Notes: generated from the letters alone by a model not told the origin. A DNA stretch of 64,000 bases from Pseudomonas aeruginosa PAO1 (GCF_000006765.1 NC_002516.2); one strand, 5' to 3'; shown: positions 54,419-64,000, numbered from the stretch's first letter. Numbers and translations are program-made.

Positions 54419-54619
54419 ATGGCTGACCTTGCCGATCACGCCAACGAACTGGTCCTGGCTCGCCTCGACGGCCTCCTGGCGGCGCGCCCGGCGCTGGCCA
54501 TCCGCGAGTCCGCGGAAGACTGCGAGGACTGCGGCGAGCCCATTCCCCAGGCGCGCCGCCGGGCGGCACCGGGCTGCAGTCGCTGCATCGACTGCCAGGA
54601 CCGCCACGAGCGCCGTTGA
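54419..54619 (+). CDS. ptrB: DksA/TraR C4-type zinc-finger protein
   Basis: GGAGG RBS; MADLADHANE...CEDCGEPIPQARR...CSRCIDCQ; 66 aa. Confidence 0.93.
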   Translation: MADLADHANELVLARLDGLLAARPALAIRESAEDCEDCGEPIPQARRRAAPGCSRCIDCQDRHERR

Positions 54620-54666
54620 ACCGACCTCATGCCGAGCCCTCGCGGGCAGTGAAAGGAGACACGACC

Positions 54667-55026
54667 GTGATCAAAGCCATCGATGAAATGCTCAAGCTCT
54701 GGGCCGAGGAAATGCACGCGCCAGGCAGCAACGGAGGCGGCTACGCCGGCGGCAACCTGATCGCCATGCTGATCGCCAGCAAGGGCGCGGTGGTCCGCGG
54801 CCACCGTGGCAGCCGGGTGATCCTCGACCGTGTGGCGGAGGTCGATCGCCTGGTAAATCGCCTACCCGAGGAACTGAAGAACGTGGTGGTGGAGCACTAT
54901 CTCAATCGCGACAGCTTCCCCGAGCAGAAGTACCGCCACTGCGGTTGCAGCCGCAACACCTTTTATCTGCGCCTGCATGTGGCGCACCAGGGTATCCAGG
55001 ACGGCCTGCTGCGGCGGGTGGCCTGA
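54667..55026 (+). CDS. Phage-derived protein with C-terminal HTH (PA0613-like)
   Basis: AAAGGAG RBS, GTG start; IDEMLKLWAE...VVVEHY...HCGCSRNTFYLRLHVAH. Confidence 0.85.
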   Translation: MIKAIDEMLKLWAEEMHAPGSNGGGYAGGNLIAMLIASKGAVVRGHRGSRVILDRVAEVDRLVNRLPEELKNVVVEHYLNRDSFPEQKYRHCGCSRNTFYLRLHVAHQGIQDGLLRRVA

Positions 55027-55065
55027 GTTCCTGGACCGGATACCGTGTCCCCCCTGGAATTTTCC

Positions 55066-55090
55066 AACCGGCCTTCGAGCCGGTTTTTTT
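55066..55090 (+). terminator. Terminator after ptrB-PA0613
   Basis: AACCGGC-CTTCGA-GCCGGTT-TTTTT. Confidence 0.85.
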
Positions 55091-55295
55091 ATGCCTGTCG
55101 CCCATGGAGGCGGTGAGTCCCATGCACAGCAGCGGACCCTGCACGCTAGAGGCGGGTTCGGGCTGGCGGAGCCGTCCTTTTCGTCAGTCGATGCCGGGCT
55201 TTTCCATATCGGAAGTGGGTACGCGCTTGCCCGGATGCCTGGCGAAGGTTCCCAGGGCGGTATATCACCCTCATATCGTGGTGCGTCTCCCTCCT

Positions 55296-55349
55296 ATTGC
55301 AGTGGATTGTCGAGAAGGCATTGCCGGGCTGGGAATCGGGCGGTAAAAA
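55296..55349 (+). promoter_or_regulatory. P-box-like ATTG repeats and candidate pyocin operon promoter
   Basis: ATTG at 55296, 55306 and 55320 (ATTGcaGTgg); TTGCCG-17-TAAAAA. Confidence 0.55.
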
Positions 55350-55401
55350 GTAGTCATTCTTGTAAAGGTGCGTCCCCAGGGAGGCACTCGTGAAGCACCG
55401 G

Positions 55402-55430
55402 AACCCGGCCCTGGCGCCGGGTTTTTTATT
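55402..55430 (+). terminator. Terminator-like hairpin in the leader of the pyocin operon
   Basis: AACCCGGC-CCTGGC-GCCGGGTT-TTTTATT. Confidence 0.75.
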
Positions 55431-55485
55431 GCCCGGGAAAACGTTCGTGCGGACGTGCCCGGCGCTGCCTGCCAAGGAGGGACCC

Positions 55486-55839
55486 ATGGGCAACGAACCG
55501 CAGACACTGACGGAAATGCCGCTCTGGGTACTGATCCTGCTCGCCGCGCTGGGCGGCGTCAGCGGCGAGATGTGGCGTGCCGACAAGGCCGGTCTCGGCG
55601 GCTGGGCCTTGTTGCGGCGCCTGGCGCTGCGCTCCGGCGCGTCGATTGTCTGCGGCGTGGCGGTGATGCTGCTGGCATTGGCTTGCGGCGCCGCGCTGCT
55701 GTTCGCCGCGGCGCTGGGCAGCCTGACCGCCGCGGCCGGCGCGGAGATCGCAGTCGGTCTCTACGAACGCTGGGCCGCCCGGCGCCTGGGGGTTTGCGAG
55801 CTGCCCGAGGAACAGTCGGACGACCGTGGCCCGCATTGA
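55486..55839 (+). CDS. hol: Pyocin holin (PA0614)
   Basis: AAGGAGG RBS before MGNEPQTL; three TM segments; first gene of the tailocin cluster. Confidence 0.88.
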   Translation: MGNEPQTLTEMPLWVLILLAALGGVSGEMWRADKAGLGGWALLRRLALRSGASIVCGVAVMLLALACGAALLFAAALGSLTAAAGAEIAVGLYERWAARRLGVCELPEEQSDDRGPH

Positions 55840-55860
55840 AACTGATCGAAGGAGTCAACC

Positions 55861-56930
<1,070 letters not shown>

Positions 56931-56975
56931 ACATACGACGGGGCTGCCGAAGGGCGGTCCGTCGAACATTCAACC

Positions 56976-56997
56976 GGCCCGCGCGAGCGGGCCTTTT
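56976..56997 (+). terminator. Internal terminator-like hairpin after the spike gene
   Basis: GGCCCGC-GCGA-GCGGGCC-TTTT. Confidence 0.65.
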
Positions 56998-57014
56998 CGT
57001 TTGCGGAGTTCGCC

Positions 57015-57086
57015 ATGGGCAACACTCACAGCCATTCGGAGCCAGGCGCGGCCTGTCTCTGCCGGAGCGGGAGGGCAGGGCGATGA
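57015..57086 (+). CDS. Putative 23-aa ORF coupled to the gpW-like gene
   Basis: GGAG RBS; MGNTHSHSEPGAACLCRSGRAGR*; ATGA overlap with the next start. Confidence 0.35.
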   Translation: MGNTHSHSEPGAACLCRSGRAGR

Positions 57087-57409
57087 TCGGGATGGATCGC
57101 CGTAGCGGGCTACCCCTGTCCGGCCTGGCTCATCTTAAACAGTCCGTCGAGGACATCCTGACCACCCCGTTGGGCAGCAGGCGCATGCGCCCCGAGTACG
57201 GCAGCAAGCTGCGGCGGATGGTCGACATGCCGGTGAGCGAAGGCTGGAAAAGCGCCGTGCAGGCCGAGGTAGCCCGTTCCCTGGGGCGCTGGGAACCGCG
57301 CATCGGATTGTCTGCCGTGCGAGTCGTCGCGGTCGTCGATGGCCGCGTGGATCTGCTCCTGAGCGGCGTGTTCGAGGGCGAGAACATCAATATGGAGGTC
57401 TCGGCGTGA
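57083..57409 (+). CDS. Baseplate wedge protein (P2 gpW/gp25-like, PA0617)
   Basis: MIGMDRRSG...HLKQSVEDILTTPLGSRRMRPEYGS, WEPRI; 108 aa. Confidence 0.93.
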   Translation: MIGMDRRSGLPLSGLAHLKQSVEDILTTPLGSRRMRPEYGSKLRRMVDMPVSEGWKSAVQAEVARSLGRWEPRIGLSAVRVVAVVDGRVDLLLSGVFEGENINMEVSA

Positions 57410-58293
57410 TCATCGATCTTTCCCAGTTGCCGGAGCCAGAGGTTATCGAAAACCTCGATTTCGAGACGATTTACCAAGAGCTGTTGGGCGACTTCCGCGA
57501 AGCCATGGCTGGCGAATGGACAGCGGAGGTGGAGTCCGATCCGGTTCTCAAGCTTCTGCAACTGGCGGCCTATCGAGAACTGCTGCTGCGGGCGCGGATC
57601 AACGATGCGGCGCGGGCGGTGATGCTGGCATACGCCAGCGGTGCCGATCTCGACCAGATCGGTGCCGGCTTCAATGTGCAGCGTTTGCTGATCAGGCCCG
57701 CTCAGCCCGAGGCGGTACCGCCGGTGGAGGCGCAATACGAGAGCGACAAGTCGCTGCGCAATCGCATCCAGCTCGCGTTCGAGCAGCTGTCCGTCGCAGG
57801 ACCGCGGAACGCCTATATAGCCCATGCGCTGGGCGCGGATGGAAGGGTGGCGGATGCCTCTGCGACCAGTCCGGCGCCCTGCGAAGTGCTGATCAGCGTG
57901 CTCGGGGTGGAAGGCAACGGGCAGGCACCGGAAGCGGTGTTGCAGGCAGTGCGCCTGGCGCTGAACGCGGAGGACGTGCGTCCTGTCGCGGATCGGGTAA
58001 CGGTGCGCTCGGCAGGAATCGTTCCCTATCAGGTCAAGGCGCAGCTCTACCTGTTTCCCGGTCCCGAGGCCGAGCTGATCCGTGCCGCCGCCGAGGCTTC
58101 GCTGCGCGACTACATTTCCGCCCAGCGCCGCCTGGGCCGCGACATCCGGCGTTCGGCCCTGTTCGCCACCCTGCATGTCGAAGGCGTGCAACGCGTCGAA
58201 CTGCAGGAGCCTGCGGCCGACGTGGTCCTGGATGAAACCCAGGCGGCCTATTGCACGGGGTACGCGATCACCTTGGGAGGCGTCGATGAGTAG
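57406..58293 (+). CDS. Baseplate J-like protein (PA0618)
   Basis: IDLSQLP.P.VIE, SVAGP..AY, VRPVADRVTV. Confidence 0.95.
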   Translation: MIIDLSQLPEPEVIENLDFETIYQELLGDFREAMAGEWTAEVESDPVLKLLQLAAYRELLLRARINDAARAVMLAYASGADLDQIGAGFNVQRLLIRPAQPEAVPPVEAQYESDKSLRNRIQLAFEQLSVAGPRNAYIAHALGADGRVADASATSPAPCEVLISVLGVEGNGQAPEAVLQAVRLALNAEDVRPVADRVTVRSAGIVPYQVKAQLYLFPGPEAELIRAAAEASLRDYISAQRRLGRDIRRSALFATLHVEGVQRVELQEPAADVVLDETQAAYCTGYAITLGGVDE

Positions 58294-58819
58294 CCGACTG
58301 CTGCCGCCAAACAGGAGTTCTCTGGAACGCTCTCTGGGTGATGTATTGCCTGCCGAACTGCCGGTGCCGCTTCGTGAGCTTCACGATCCGGCACGCTGTG
58401 AGGCGGCCTTGTTGCCCTACCTGGCCTGGACGCGCTCGGTGGACCGCTGGGACCCGGACTGGAGCGACGAGGCCAAGCGCAATGCGGTAGCGACGTCCTT
58501 CGTCCTGCACCAGCGCAAAGGCACGCTGACTGCGTTGCGCCAAGTGGTCGAGCCGATCGGTGCGCTGAGCGAGGTCACCGAATGGTGGCAGCGAAGCCCG
58601 ACCGGCGTGCCGGGGACCTTCGAGATCACCGTGGACGTCAGCGACCGTGGCATCGACGAAGGCACCGTACTGGAGCTGGAGCGCTTGCTCGATGACGTCC
58701 GCCCGGTGAGCAGACACCTGACCCGGCTGGACCTGCGCATTACCCCGGTAATCCGGTCCCGTCACGGACTAGCCGTGACCGACGGCGACACCCTGGAAAT
58801 CTTCCCCTGGAAACAGTGA
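58286..58819 (+). CDS. Phage tail protein I (P2 gpI-like, PA0619)
   Basis: LLPPN.S.LER, LPYLAW..SVD.WD, KGT, RPVSRHL; 177 aa. Confidence 0.93.
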   Translation: MSSRLLPPNRSSLERSLGDVLPAELPVPLRELHDPARCEAALLPYLAWTRSVDRWDPDWSDEAKRNAVATSFVLHQRKGTLTALRQVVEPIGALSEVTEWWQRSPTGVPGTFEITVDVSDRGIDEGTVLELERLLDDVRPVSRHLTRLDLRITPVIRSRHGLAVTDGDTLEIFPWKQ

Positions 58820-58820
58820 C

Positions 58821-60896
58821 ATGACGACCAATACTCCGAAATACGGTGGCCTGCTCACCGACATAGGTGCCGCTGCGCTGGCTACGGCCAGCGCAGCAGG
58901 CAAGAAATGGCAGCCGACTCATATGCTGATCGGCGATGCCGGCGGTGCGCCGGGCGACACGCCGGATCCATTGCCTTCTGCGGCGCAGAAGAGCCTGATC
59001 AACCAACGCCATCGGGCCCAGCTGAATCGGCTGTTCGTTTCCGACAAGAACGCCAATACCTTGGTTGCCGAGGTGGTGCTGCCAGTTGAGGTAGGTGGCT
59101 TCTGGATCCGCGAGATCGGCCTGCAGGATGCCGACGGCAAGTTCGTCGCGGTATCCAACTGCCCGCCCAGCTACAAGGCTGCAATGGAAAGTGGCAGTGC
59201 GCGGACCCAGACCATTCGGGTGAACATCGCGCTCTCCGGCCTGGAGAATGTCCAGCTGCTGATCGACAACGGCATCATCTACGCCACTCAGGACTGGGTG
59301 AAGGAAAAGGTCGCTGCCGATTTCAAGGGCCGCAAGATCCTGGCTGGCAATGGCCTGCTCGGTGGGGGCGATCTTTCTGCCGACCGCAGCATTGGCCTGG
59401 CGCCTTCCGGCGTGACGGCGGGCAGCTATCGTTCGGTCACGGTGAACGCCAACGGGGTGGTCACCCAGGGCAGCAATCCGACCACCCTGGCCGGCTATGC
59501 GATCGGAGATGCCTATACCAAGGCCGATACCGACGGAAAACTGGCGCAGAAAGCGAACAAGGCCACCACCCTGGCCGGCTATGGCATCACCGATGCGCTG
59601 CGAGTCGATGGCAACGCCGTGTCATCCAGCAGGCTGGCCGCACCGCGCAGCCTGGCAGCCAGTGGCGATGCCTCCTGGTCGGTGACCTTCGACGGCAGTG
59701 CCAATGTTTCTGCGCCGCTGAGTCTTTCCGCTACCGGTGTGGCGGCGGGCAGCTATCCGAAGGTGACCGTGGATACGAAGGGAAGGGTGACTGCTGGAAT
59801 GGCGCTGGCGGCGACGGACATTCCCGGGCTGGATGCGTCGAAGCTGGTCAGCGGGGTGCTGGCCGAGCAGCGTTTGCCGGTATTCGCGCGCGGGTTGGCT
59901 ACTGCTGTCTCGAACAGTAGCGATCCGAACACCGCGACCGTGCCGTTGATGCTGACCAATCATGCGAACGGACCTGTTGCCGGACGATACTTCTACATCC
60001 AGTCGATGTTCTATCCGGATCAGAACGGCAATGCTTCGCAGATTGCAACGAGCTACAACGCTACATCCGAGATGTATGTACGGGTGTCCTACGCGGCCAA
60101 CCCTAGCATCCGGGAGTGGTTGCCCTGGCAGCGCTGCGACATTGGAGGTTCCTTCACCAAAGAGGCCGATGGTGAACTGCCTGGAGGCGTCAACCTGGAT
60201 TCGATGGTGACCTCAGGGTGGTGGAGCCAGAGTTTTACTGCCCAAGCTGCCAGTGGAGCCAACTACCCTATAGTTCGGGCCGGCCTGCTTCATGTGTACG
60301 CCGCGAGTAGCAATTTCATCTATCAGACGTATCAAGCCTACGATGGTGAGAGTTTCTATTTCCGGTGCCGGCATTCAAATACCTGGTTTCCCTGGCGTCG
60401 CATGTGGCATGGCGGAGACTTCAACCCCAGTGACTATCTGTTGAAGTCGGGGTTCTATTGGAATGCGTTACCGGGAAAACCTGCCACTTTTCCACCATCC
60501 GCACATAACCATGACGTCGGACAGCTTACTTCGGGCATTCTCCCCCTGGCACGTGGCGGCGTCGGTTCGAATACGGCAGCGGGAGCACGTAGCACTATCG
60601 GAGCAGGGGTTCCTGCGACTGCTTCCCTTGGGGCGAGCGGATGGTGGCGGGACAATGACACTGGCCTCATTAGGCAATGGGGGCAGGTCACTTGCCCCGC
60701 CGATGCCGATGCTTCGATTACGTTCCCGATTCCTTTCCCTACGCTATGCCTCGGCGGATATGCGAATCAGACGAGTGCTTTCCATCCGGGAACGGATGCC
60801 AGTACAGGTTTCCGTGGAGCGACTACCACTACCGCGGTGATTCGCAATGGCTACTTTGCTCAGGCGGTTCTTTCATGGGAGGCATTTGGACGATGA
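58821..60896 (+). CDS. R-pyocin tail fibre (691 aa, R2-like)
   Basis: DUF3751-type N-terminus (FWIREIGL.DADG..VAVSNCPPSYK), GVTAGSY repeats, gp53-like C-terminus (GLIRQWG...FPIPFP). Confidence 0.95.
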   Translation: MTTNTPKYGGLLTDIGAAALATASAAGKKWQPTHMLIGDAGGAPGDTPDPLPSAAQKSLINQRHRAQLNRLFVSDKNANTLVAEVVLPVEVGGFWIREIGLQDADGKFVAVSNCPPSYKAAMESGSARTQTIRVNIALSGLENVQLLIDNGIIYATQDWVKEKVAADFKGRKILAGNGLLGGGDLSADRSIGLAPSGVTAGSYRSVTVNANGVVTQGSNPTTLAGYAIGDAYTKADTDGKLAQKANKATTLAGYGITDALRVDGNAVSSSRLAAPRSLAASGDASWSVTFDGSANVSAPLSLSATGVAAGSYPKVTVDTKGRVTAGMALAATDIPGLDASKLVSGVLAEQRLPVFARGLATAVSNSSDPNTATVPLMLTNHANGPVAGRYFYIQSMFYPDQNGNASQIATSYNATSEMYVRVSYAANPSIREWLPWQRCDIGGSFTKEADGELPGGVNLDSMVTSGWWSQSFTAQAASGANYPIVRAGLLHVYAASSNFIYQTYQAYDGESFYFRCRHSNTWFPWRRMWHGGDFNPSDYLLKSGFYWNALPGKPATFPPSAHNHDVGQLTSGILPLARGGVGSNTAAGARSTIGAGVPATASLGASGWWRDNDTGLIRQWGQVTCPADADASITFPIPFPTLCLGGYANQTSAFHPGTDASTGFRGATTTTAVIRNGYFAQAVLSWEAFGR

Positions 60897-61351
60897 AGGG
60901 CGAATATTATTTCTCTCCAAGCCAGGTGGCATTCTATCCGGCCTCCTTGCGAGAGGTTTATGAATACGCAGGCTGCTGGCCAGTCGATGGCGAGTGGGTC
61001 AGCGCAGAGCTACATGAACAACTGATGAACGAACAGGCGGCAGGCCGAGCAATCAGTTCCGACGTGAATGGGAACCCAGTAGCGATCGAGCGCCCTCCGC
61101 TTTCCCGTCAGCAACGTAGCACCCATGAGCGGAGATGGCGGGATAGTCAGCTGTTGGCGACCGACGGCCTAGTTGTTCGCCATCGAGATCAATTGGAAAC
61201 CGGAAAGGAAACGACCTTACTCCCTGTCCAATACCATGAACTCATGTCGTACAGAGCCAGCTTACGGGATTGGCCGGAAGAGCCTTTATTTCCCGACAGT
61301 GGCGGACGCCCGTCCGTACCAGATTGGCTCAGACGTTATGTCACCCCCTGA
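60893..61351 (+). CDS. Tail fibre assembly chaperone (PA0621)
   Basis: MKGEYYFS..., ERRWRDSQL, YRASLRDWP; ATGA overlap with the fibre gene; 152 aa. Confidence 0.9.
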   Translation: MKGEYYFSPSQVAFYPASLREVYEYAGCWPVDGEWVSAELHEQLMNEQAAGRAISSDVNGNPVAIERPPLSRQQRSTHERRWRDSQLLATDGLVVRHRDQLETGKETTLLPVQYHELMSYRASLRDWPEEPLFPDSGGRPSVPDWLRRYVTP

Positions 61352-61375
61352 ACCCCGCCTCGTGCGGGGTTTTTC
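61351..61375 (+). terminator. Internal terminator-like hairpin before the sheath gene
   Basis: AACCCCGC-CTCGT-GCGGGGTT-TTTC. Confidence 0.7.
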
Positions 61376-61393
61376 ATTAATGGAGATCTACCT

Positions 61394-62554
61394 ATGAGTT
61401 TCTTCCACGGCGTTACGGTAACCAACGTCGATATCGGTGCGCGCACCATCGCGCTGCCGGCCAGCTCCGTCATCGGCCTCTGCGATGTGTTCACGCCGGG
61501 GGCGCAGGCAAGCGCCAAGCCCAACGTTCCGGTGCTGCTCACCAGCAAGAAGGACGCCGCCGCGGCGTTCGGCATCGGCTCGTCTATCTACCTGGCCTGC
61601 GAGGCCATCTATAACCGTGCCCAGGCCGTGATCGTGGCGGTGGGCGTGGAAACCGCGGAGACTCCCGAGGCCCAGGCCAGCGCCGTCATAGGTGGTATCA
61701 GTGCCGCCGGCGAGCGCACCGGGCTGCAGGCTTTGCTCGACGGCAAGAGTCGCTTCAATGCCCAGCCGCGTCTACTAGTTGCGCCGGGTCATTCGGCCCA
61801 GCAAGCGGTGGCCACCGCCATGGACGGGCTGGCCGAGAAACTGCGGGCCATCGCCATTCTCGATGGTCCCAATAGCACCGACGAGGCGGCCGTCGCCTAC
61901 GCCAAGAACTTCGGCAGCAAGCGCCTGTTCATGGTCGACCCGGGCGTGCAGGTTTGGGACAGCGCCACCAATGCCGCGCGCAACGCCCCGGCTTCGGCCT
62001 ACGCCGCCGGCCTGTTCGCCTGGACCGACGCCGAGTACGGCTTCTGGTCCTCGCCGTCGAACAAGGAGATCAAGGGCGTCACCGGCACCAGCCGTCCGGT
62101 GGAGTTCCTCGACGGCGATGAGACCTGTCGCGCCAACCTGCTCAACAACGCCAATATCGCGACGATCATTCGCGACGATGGCTATCGCCTGTGGGGCAAC
62201 CGCACCTTGTCCAGCGACAGCAAGTGGGCTTTCGTCACCCGTGTTCGGACCATGGACCTGGTAATGGATGCGATCCTCGCCGGGCACAAGTGGGCGGTGG
62301 ACCGCGGCATCACCAAGACCTACGTGAAGGATGTCACCGAGGGCCTGCGCGCCTTCATGCGCGATCTGAAGAACCAGGGAGCGGTGATCAACTTCGAGGT
62401 CTATGCCGACCCGGACCTGAACAGCGCCAGCCAGCTGGCCCAGGGCAAGGTGTACTGGAACATCCGCTTCACCGATGTGCCGCCTGCCGAGAACCCCAAT
62501 TTCCGTGTCGAGGTGACCGATCAGTGGCTCACCGAAGTTCTGGATGTCGCCTAA
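61394..62554 (+). CDS. Contractile tail sheath (P2 FI-like, PA0622)
   Basis: FFHGVTV, SPSN, GYRLWGNRT, FVTRVRT, PPAE. Confidence 0.96.
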   Translation: MSFFHGVTVTNVDIGARTIALPASSVIGLCDVFTPGAQASAKPNVPVLLTSKKDAAAAFGIGSSIYLACEAIYNRAQAVIVAVGVETAETPEAQASAVIGGISAAGERTGLQALLDGKSRFNAQPRLLVAPGHSAQQAVATAMDGLAEKLRAIAILDGPNSTDEAAVAYAKNFGSKRLFMVDPGVQVWDSATNAARNAPASAYAAGLFAWTDAEYGFWSSPSNKEIKGVTGTSRPVEFLDGDETCRANLLNNANIATIIRDDGYRLWGNRTLSSDSKWAFVTRVRTMDLVMDAILAGHKWAVDRGITKTYVKDVTEGLRAFMRDLKNQGAVINFEVYADPDLNSASQLAQGKVYWNIRFTDVPPAENPNFRVEVTDQWLTEVLDVA

Positions 62555-62566
62555 GGAGCGCCCGTG

Positions 62567-63070
62567 ATGATTCCGCAAACCCTGACCAATACCAACCTGT
62601 TCATCGACGGCGTGAGCTTCGCCGGTGACGTGCCATCCCTGACCCTGCCCAAGCTGGCTGTGAAGACCGAGCAATACCGTGCCGGCGGCATGGATGCGCC
62701 GGTATCCATCGACATGGGCCTGGAGGCGATGGAGGCCAAGTTCTCCACCAACGGTGCCCGCCGAGAAGCGCTGAATTTCTTCGGCCTGGCCGACCAGAGC
62801 GCTTTCAATGGCGTGTTCCGTGGCTCCTTCAAGGGCCAGAAGGGCGCCAGCGTGCCAGTGGTGGCTACCCTGCGCGGCCTGCTCAAGGAGGTCGACCCGG
62901 GCGACTGGAAAGCCGGCGAGAAAGCCGAGTTCAAGTACGCCGTTGCGGTCAGCTACTACAAGCTGGAAGTCGATGGCCGCGAGGTCTACGAGATCGATCC
63001 GGTCAACGGTGTCCGCGCGATCAACGGTGTCGACCAGTTGGCCGGCATGCGCAACGACCTCGGCCTGTAA
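62567..63070 (+). CDS. Tail tube protein (P2 FII-like, PA0623)
   Basis: LTLPKL, YRAGGMDAPV, YYKLEVDG..YEID, NGVD; AAGGAG RBS. Confidence 0.96.
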   Translation: MIPQTLTNTNLFIDGVSFAGDVPSLTLPKLAVKTEQYRAGGMDAPVSIDMGLEAMEAKFSTNGARREALNFFGLADQSAFNGVFRGSFKGQKGASVPVVATLRGLLKEVDPGDWKAGEKAEFKYAVAVSYYKLEVDGREVYEIDPVNGVRAINGVDQLAGMRNDLGL

Positions 63071-63084
63071 GAGGAGCTCCGGAC

Positions 63085-63429
63085 ATGACCCAAGAGAATC
63101 GACTGCCGGGCTGGCTGACGCTGGATGCCGACGCCGCCCTCGTTCGTCTCTCGCGTCCGGCACAGTGCAACGGGGTCAGCGTCGACACGCTGACCCTGCG
63201 TGCACCCACCGTGCGTGATATCCGCCTGGCCGGCAAGGTGGCCGGCGACGATGCCGAGGAGCGCGAACTGCAACTGTTCGCCTCGCTGGCGCAGGTCAGC
63301 CGCCAGGACCTGGAGGGGCTGAAGCTGAGCGACTACCAGCGGCTGCAAGGCGCCTACTTTCGCCTGGTGCAAGACGACACGGACGACACCTTCGCGTATG
63401 CGTCAACTGGCGAGGCGCCTGGCCATTGA
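63085..63429 (+). CDS. Tail assembly chaperone (P2 gpE-like, PA0624)
   Basis: AAGAGGAG RBS; LTLRAPTVRD, LFASLA, DYQRLQ.AY..L. Confidence 0.9.
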   Translation: MTQENRLPGWLTLDADAALVRLSRPAQCNGVSVDTLTLRAPTVRDIRLAGKVAGDDAEERELQLFASLAQVSRQDLEGLKLSDYQRLQGAYFRLVQDDTDDTFAYASTGEAPGH

Positions 63430-63508
63430 GCTGGGCTTCCAGGCCTGCGAACTGGAGCGCATGACCCTGGGCGACCTGCTCTGGTGGCTCGCCGAGGGCG
63501 AGGAGTGA
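63398..63508 (+). CDS. P2 gpE'-like tail chaperone extension, 36 aa (absent from ORF track)
   Basis: MRQLARRLAIELGFQACELERMTLGDLLWWLAEGEE*; E.E.M.L..L.WW pattern; overlaps the 3' end of the chaperone in the +1 frame. Confidence 0.7.
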   Translation: MRQLARRLAIELGFQACELERMTLGDLLWWLAEGEE

Positions 63509-63598
63509 GCGACGGCGCCGTCCGCCAGGCGAGCGGCGCCCGCGCTACTTCAGTAGGTCCGCGGAGGCGGACATCGATAACAGACGAGACGAACCGTC

Positions 63599-64000
63599 AT
63601 GAGTAAAGACATGGACCTGGTGGTCTCCATCGGCGGCATCGCCGACCCCTCCTTGGGCAAGGCATTCGAGACCGTCAAGGCACGGCTCGACAGTCTCCAG
63701 GAACGTGCCCGCCAGGCTTCCAGCCTGAGGGATGTGCTGGGAGACGCCATACGCCTGGAGCGAGAGCTCGCCGATATGCGCAAGGTCGGGGATCGCGGCG
63801 TTGCTGAGCATGCCCGGCAGCTTGGCGAACGCCAGGAGCAACTGAAGCGACTCGGCATCGAGGCCAGGGCCGCGGGCGATGCCTACGCTCGACTGGGCGA
63901 GATGCAGCGTGGCCTGGATATGCAGGTCCGCGGCCTGCAACGGCTGGAGCAGGCCAGCCAGGCAATGCCATTGGCTAGCGCATTTTCCGGACTGGTCGTG
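63599..64000 (+). CDS. Tape-measure protein, 5' part (PA0625); runs off the window
   Basis: Open for 134 codons from MSKDMDLVVSIGG; helical, Ala/Arg/Gln-rich; position after the chaperones. Confidence 0.88.
   Translation, partial: MSKDMDLVVSIGGIADPSLGKAFETVKARLDSLQERARQASSLRDVLGDAIRLERELADMRKVGDRGVAEHARQLGERQEQLKRLGIEARAAGDAYARLGEMQRGLDMQVRGLQRLEQASQAMPLASAFSGLVV

Noticed and set aside
54062-54619. 185-aa PtrB as given by the ORF track
   Set aside because: GGAGG RBS and the TraR-like sequence begin at 54419; the extension is kept only as a low-interest possibility

Overview
High-GC Pseudomonas aeruginosa chromosome. Gene order and protein sequences match, from memory, the PAO1 locus PA0563-PA0625; no database was consulted. 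Left part (1-10.5 kb): DUF805 membrane protein, AraC regulator plus AhpD-like protein (rcsR/rcsA), Pmp3/YqaE peptide, a four-gene cassette of immunity-like proteins (Zn-ribbon/DUF4375, SMI1/KNR4 and two others), the secreted metalloprotease ImpA, and a decayed island at a tRNA(CAU) with a truncated NERD gene, a Fic gene preceded by tandem palindromes, and an integrase remnant. Middle: rmcA, rpoD-dnaG-yqeY-rpsU, tsaD, plsY, folBK, cca, yeaG-yeaH-ycgB, the lptD-surA-pdxA-ksgA-apaG-apaH-glpE operon, amgK-murU-djlA, agtSR/agtABCD and rpe-gph-trpE. Right part (52.7-64 kb): R-type pyocin (tailocin) locus from prtN/prtR to the start of the tape-measure gene. No CRISPR array, rRNA or intact IS was seen. 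The most interesting unexplained signals are: the toxin-less immunity-like cassette; a trpE promoter and Trp-leader peptide nested in frame inside the 3' end of gph; an unannotated P2 gpE'-like ORF in the +1/-2 frame of the pyocin tail chaperone; several intrinsic terminators inside the pyocin operon, which imply antitermination; and a foreign-codon segment inside lptD.
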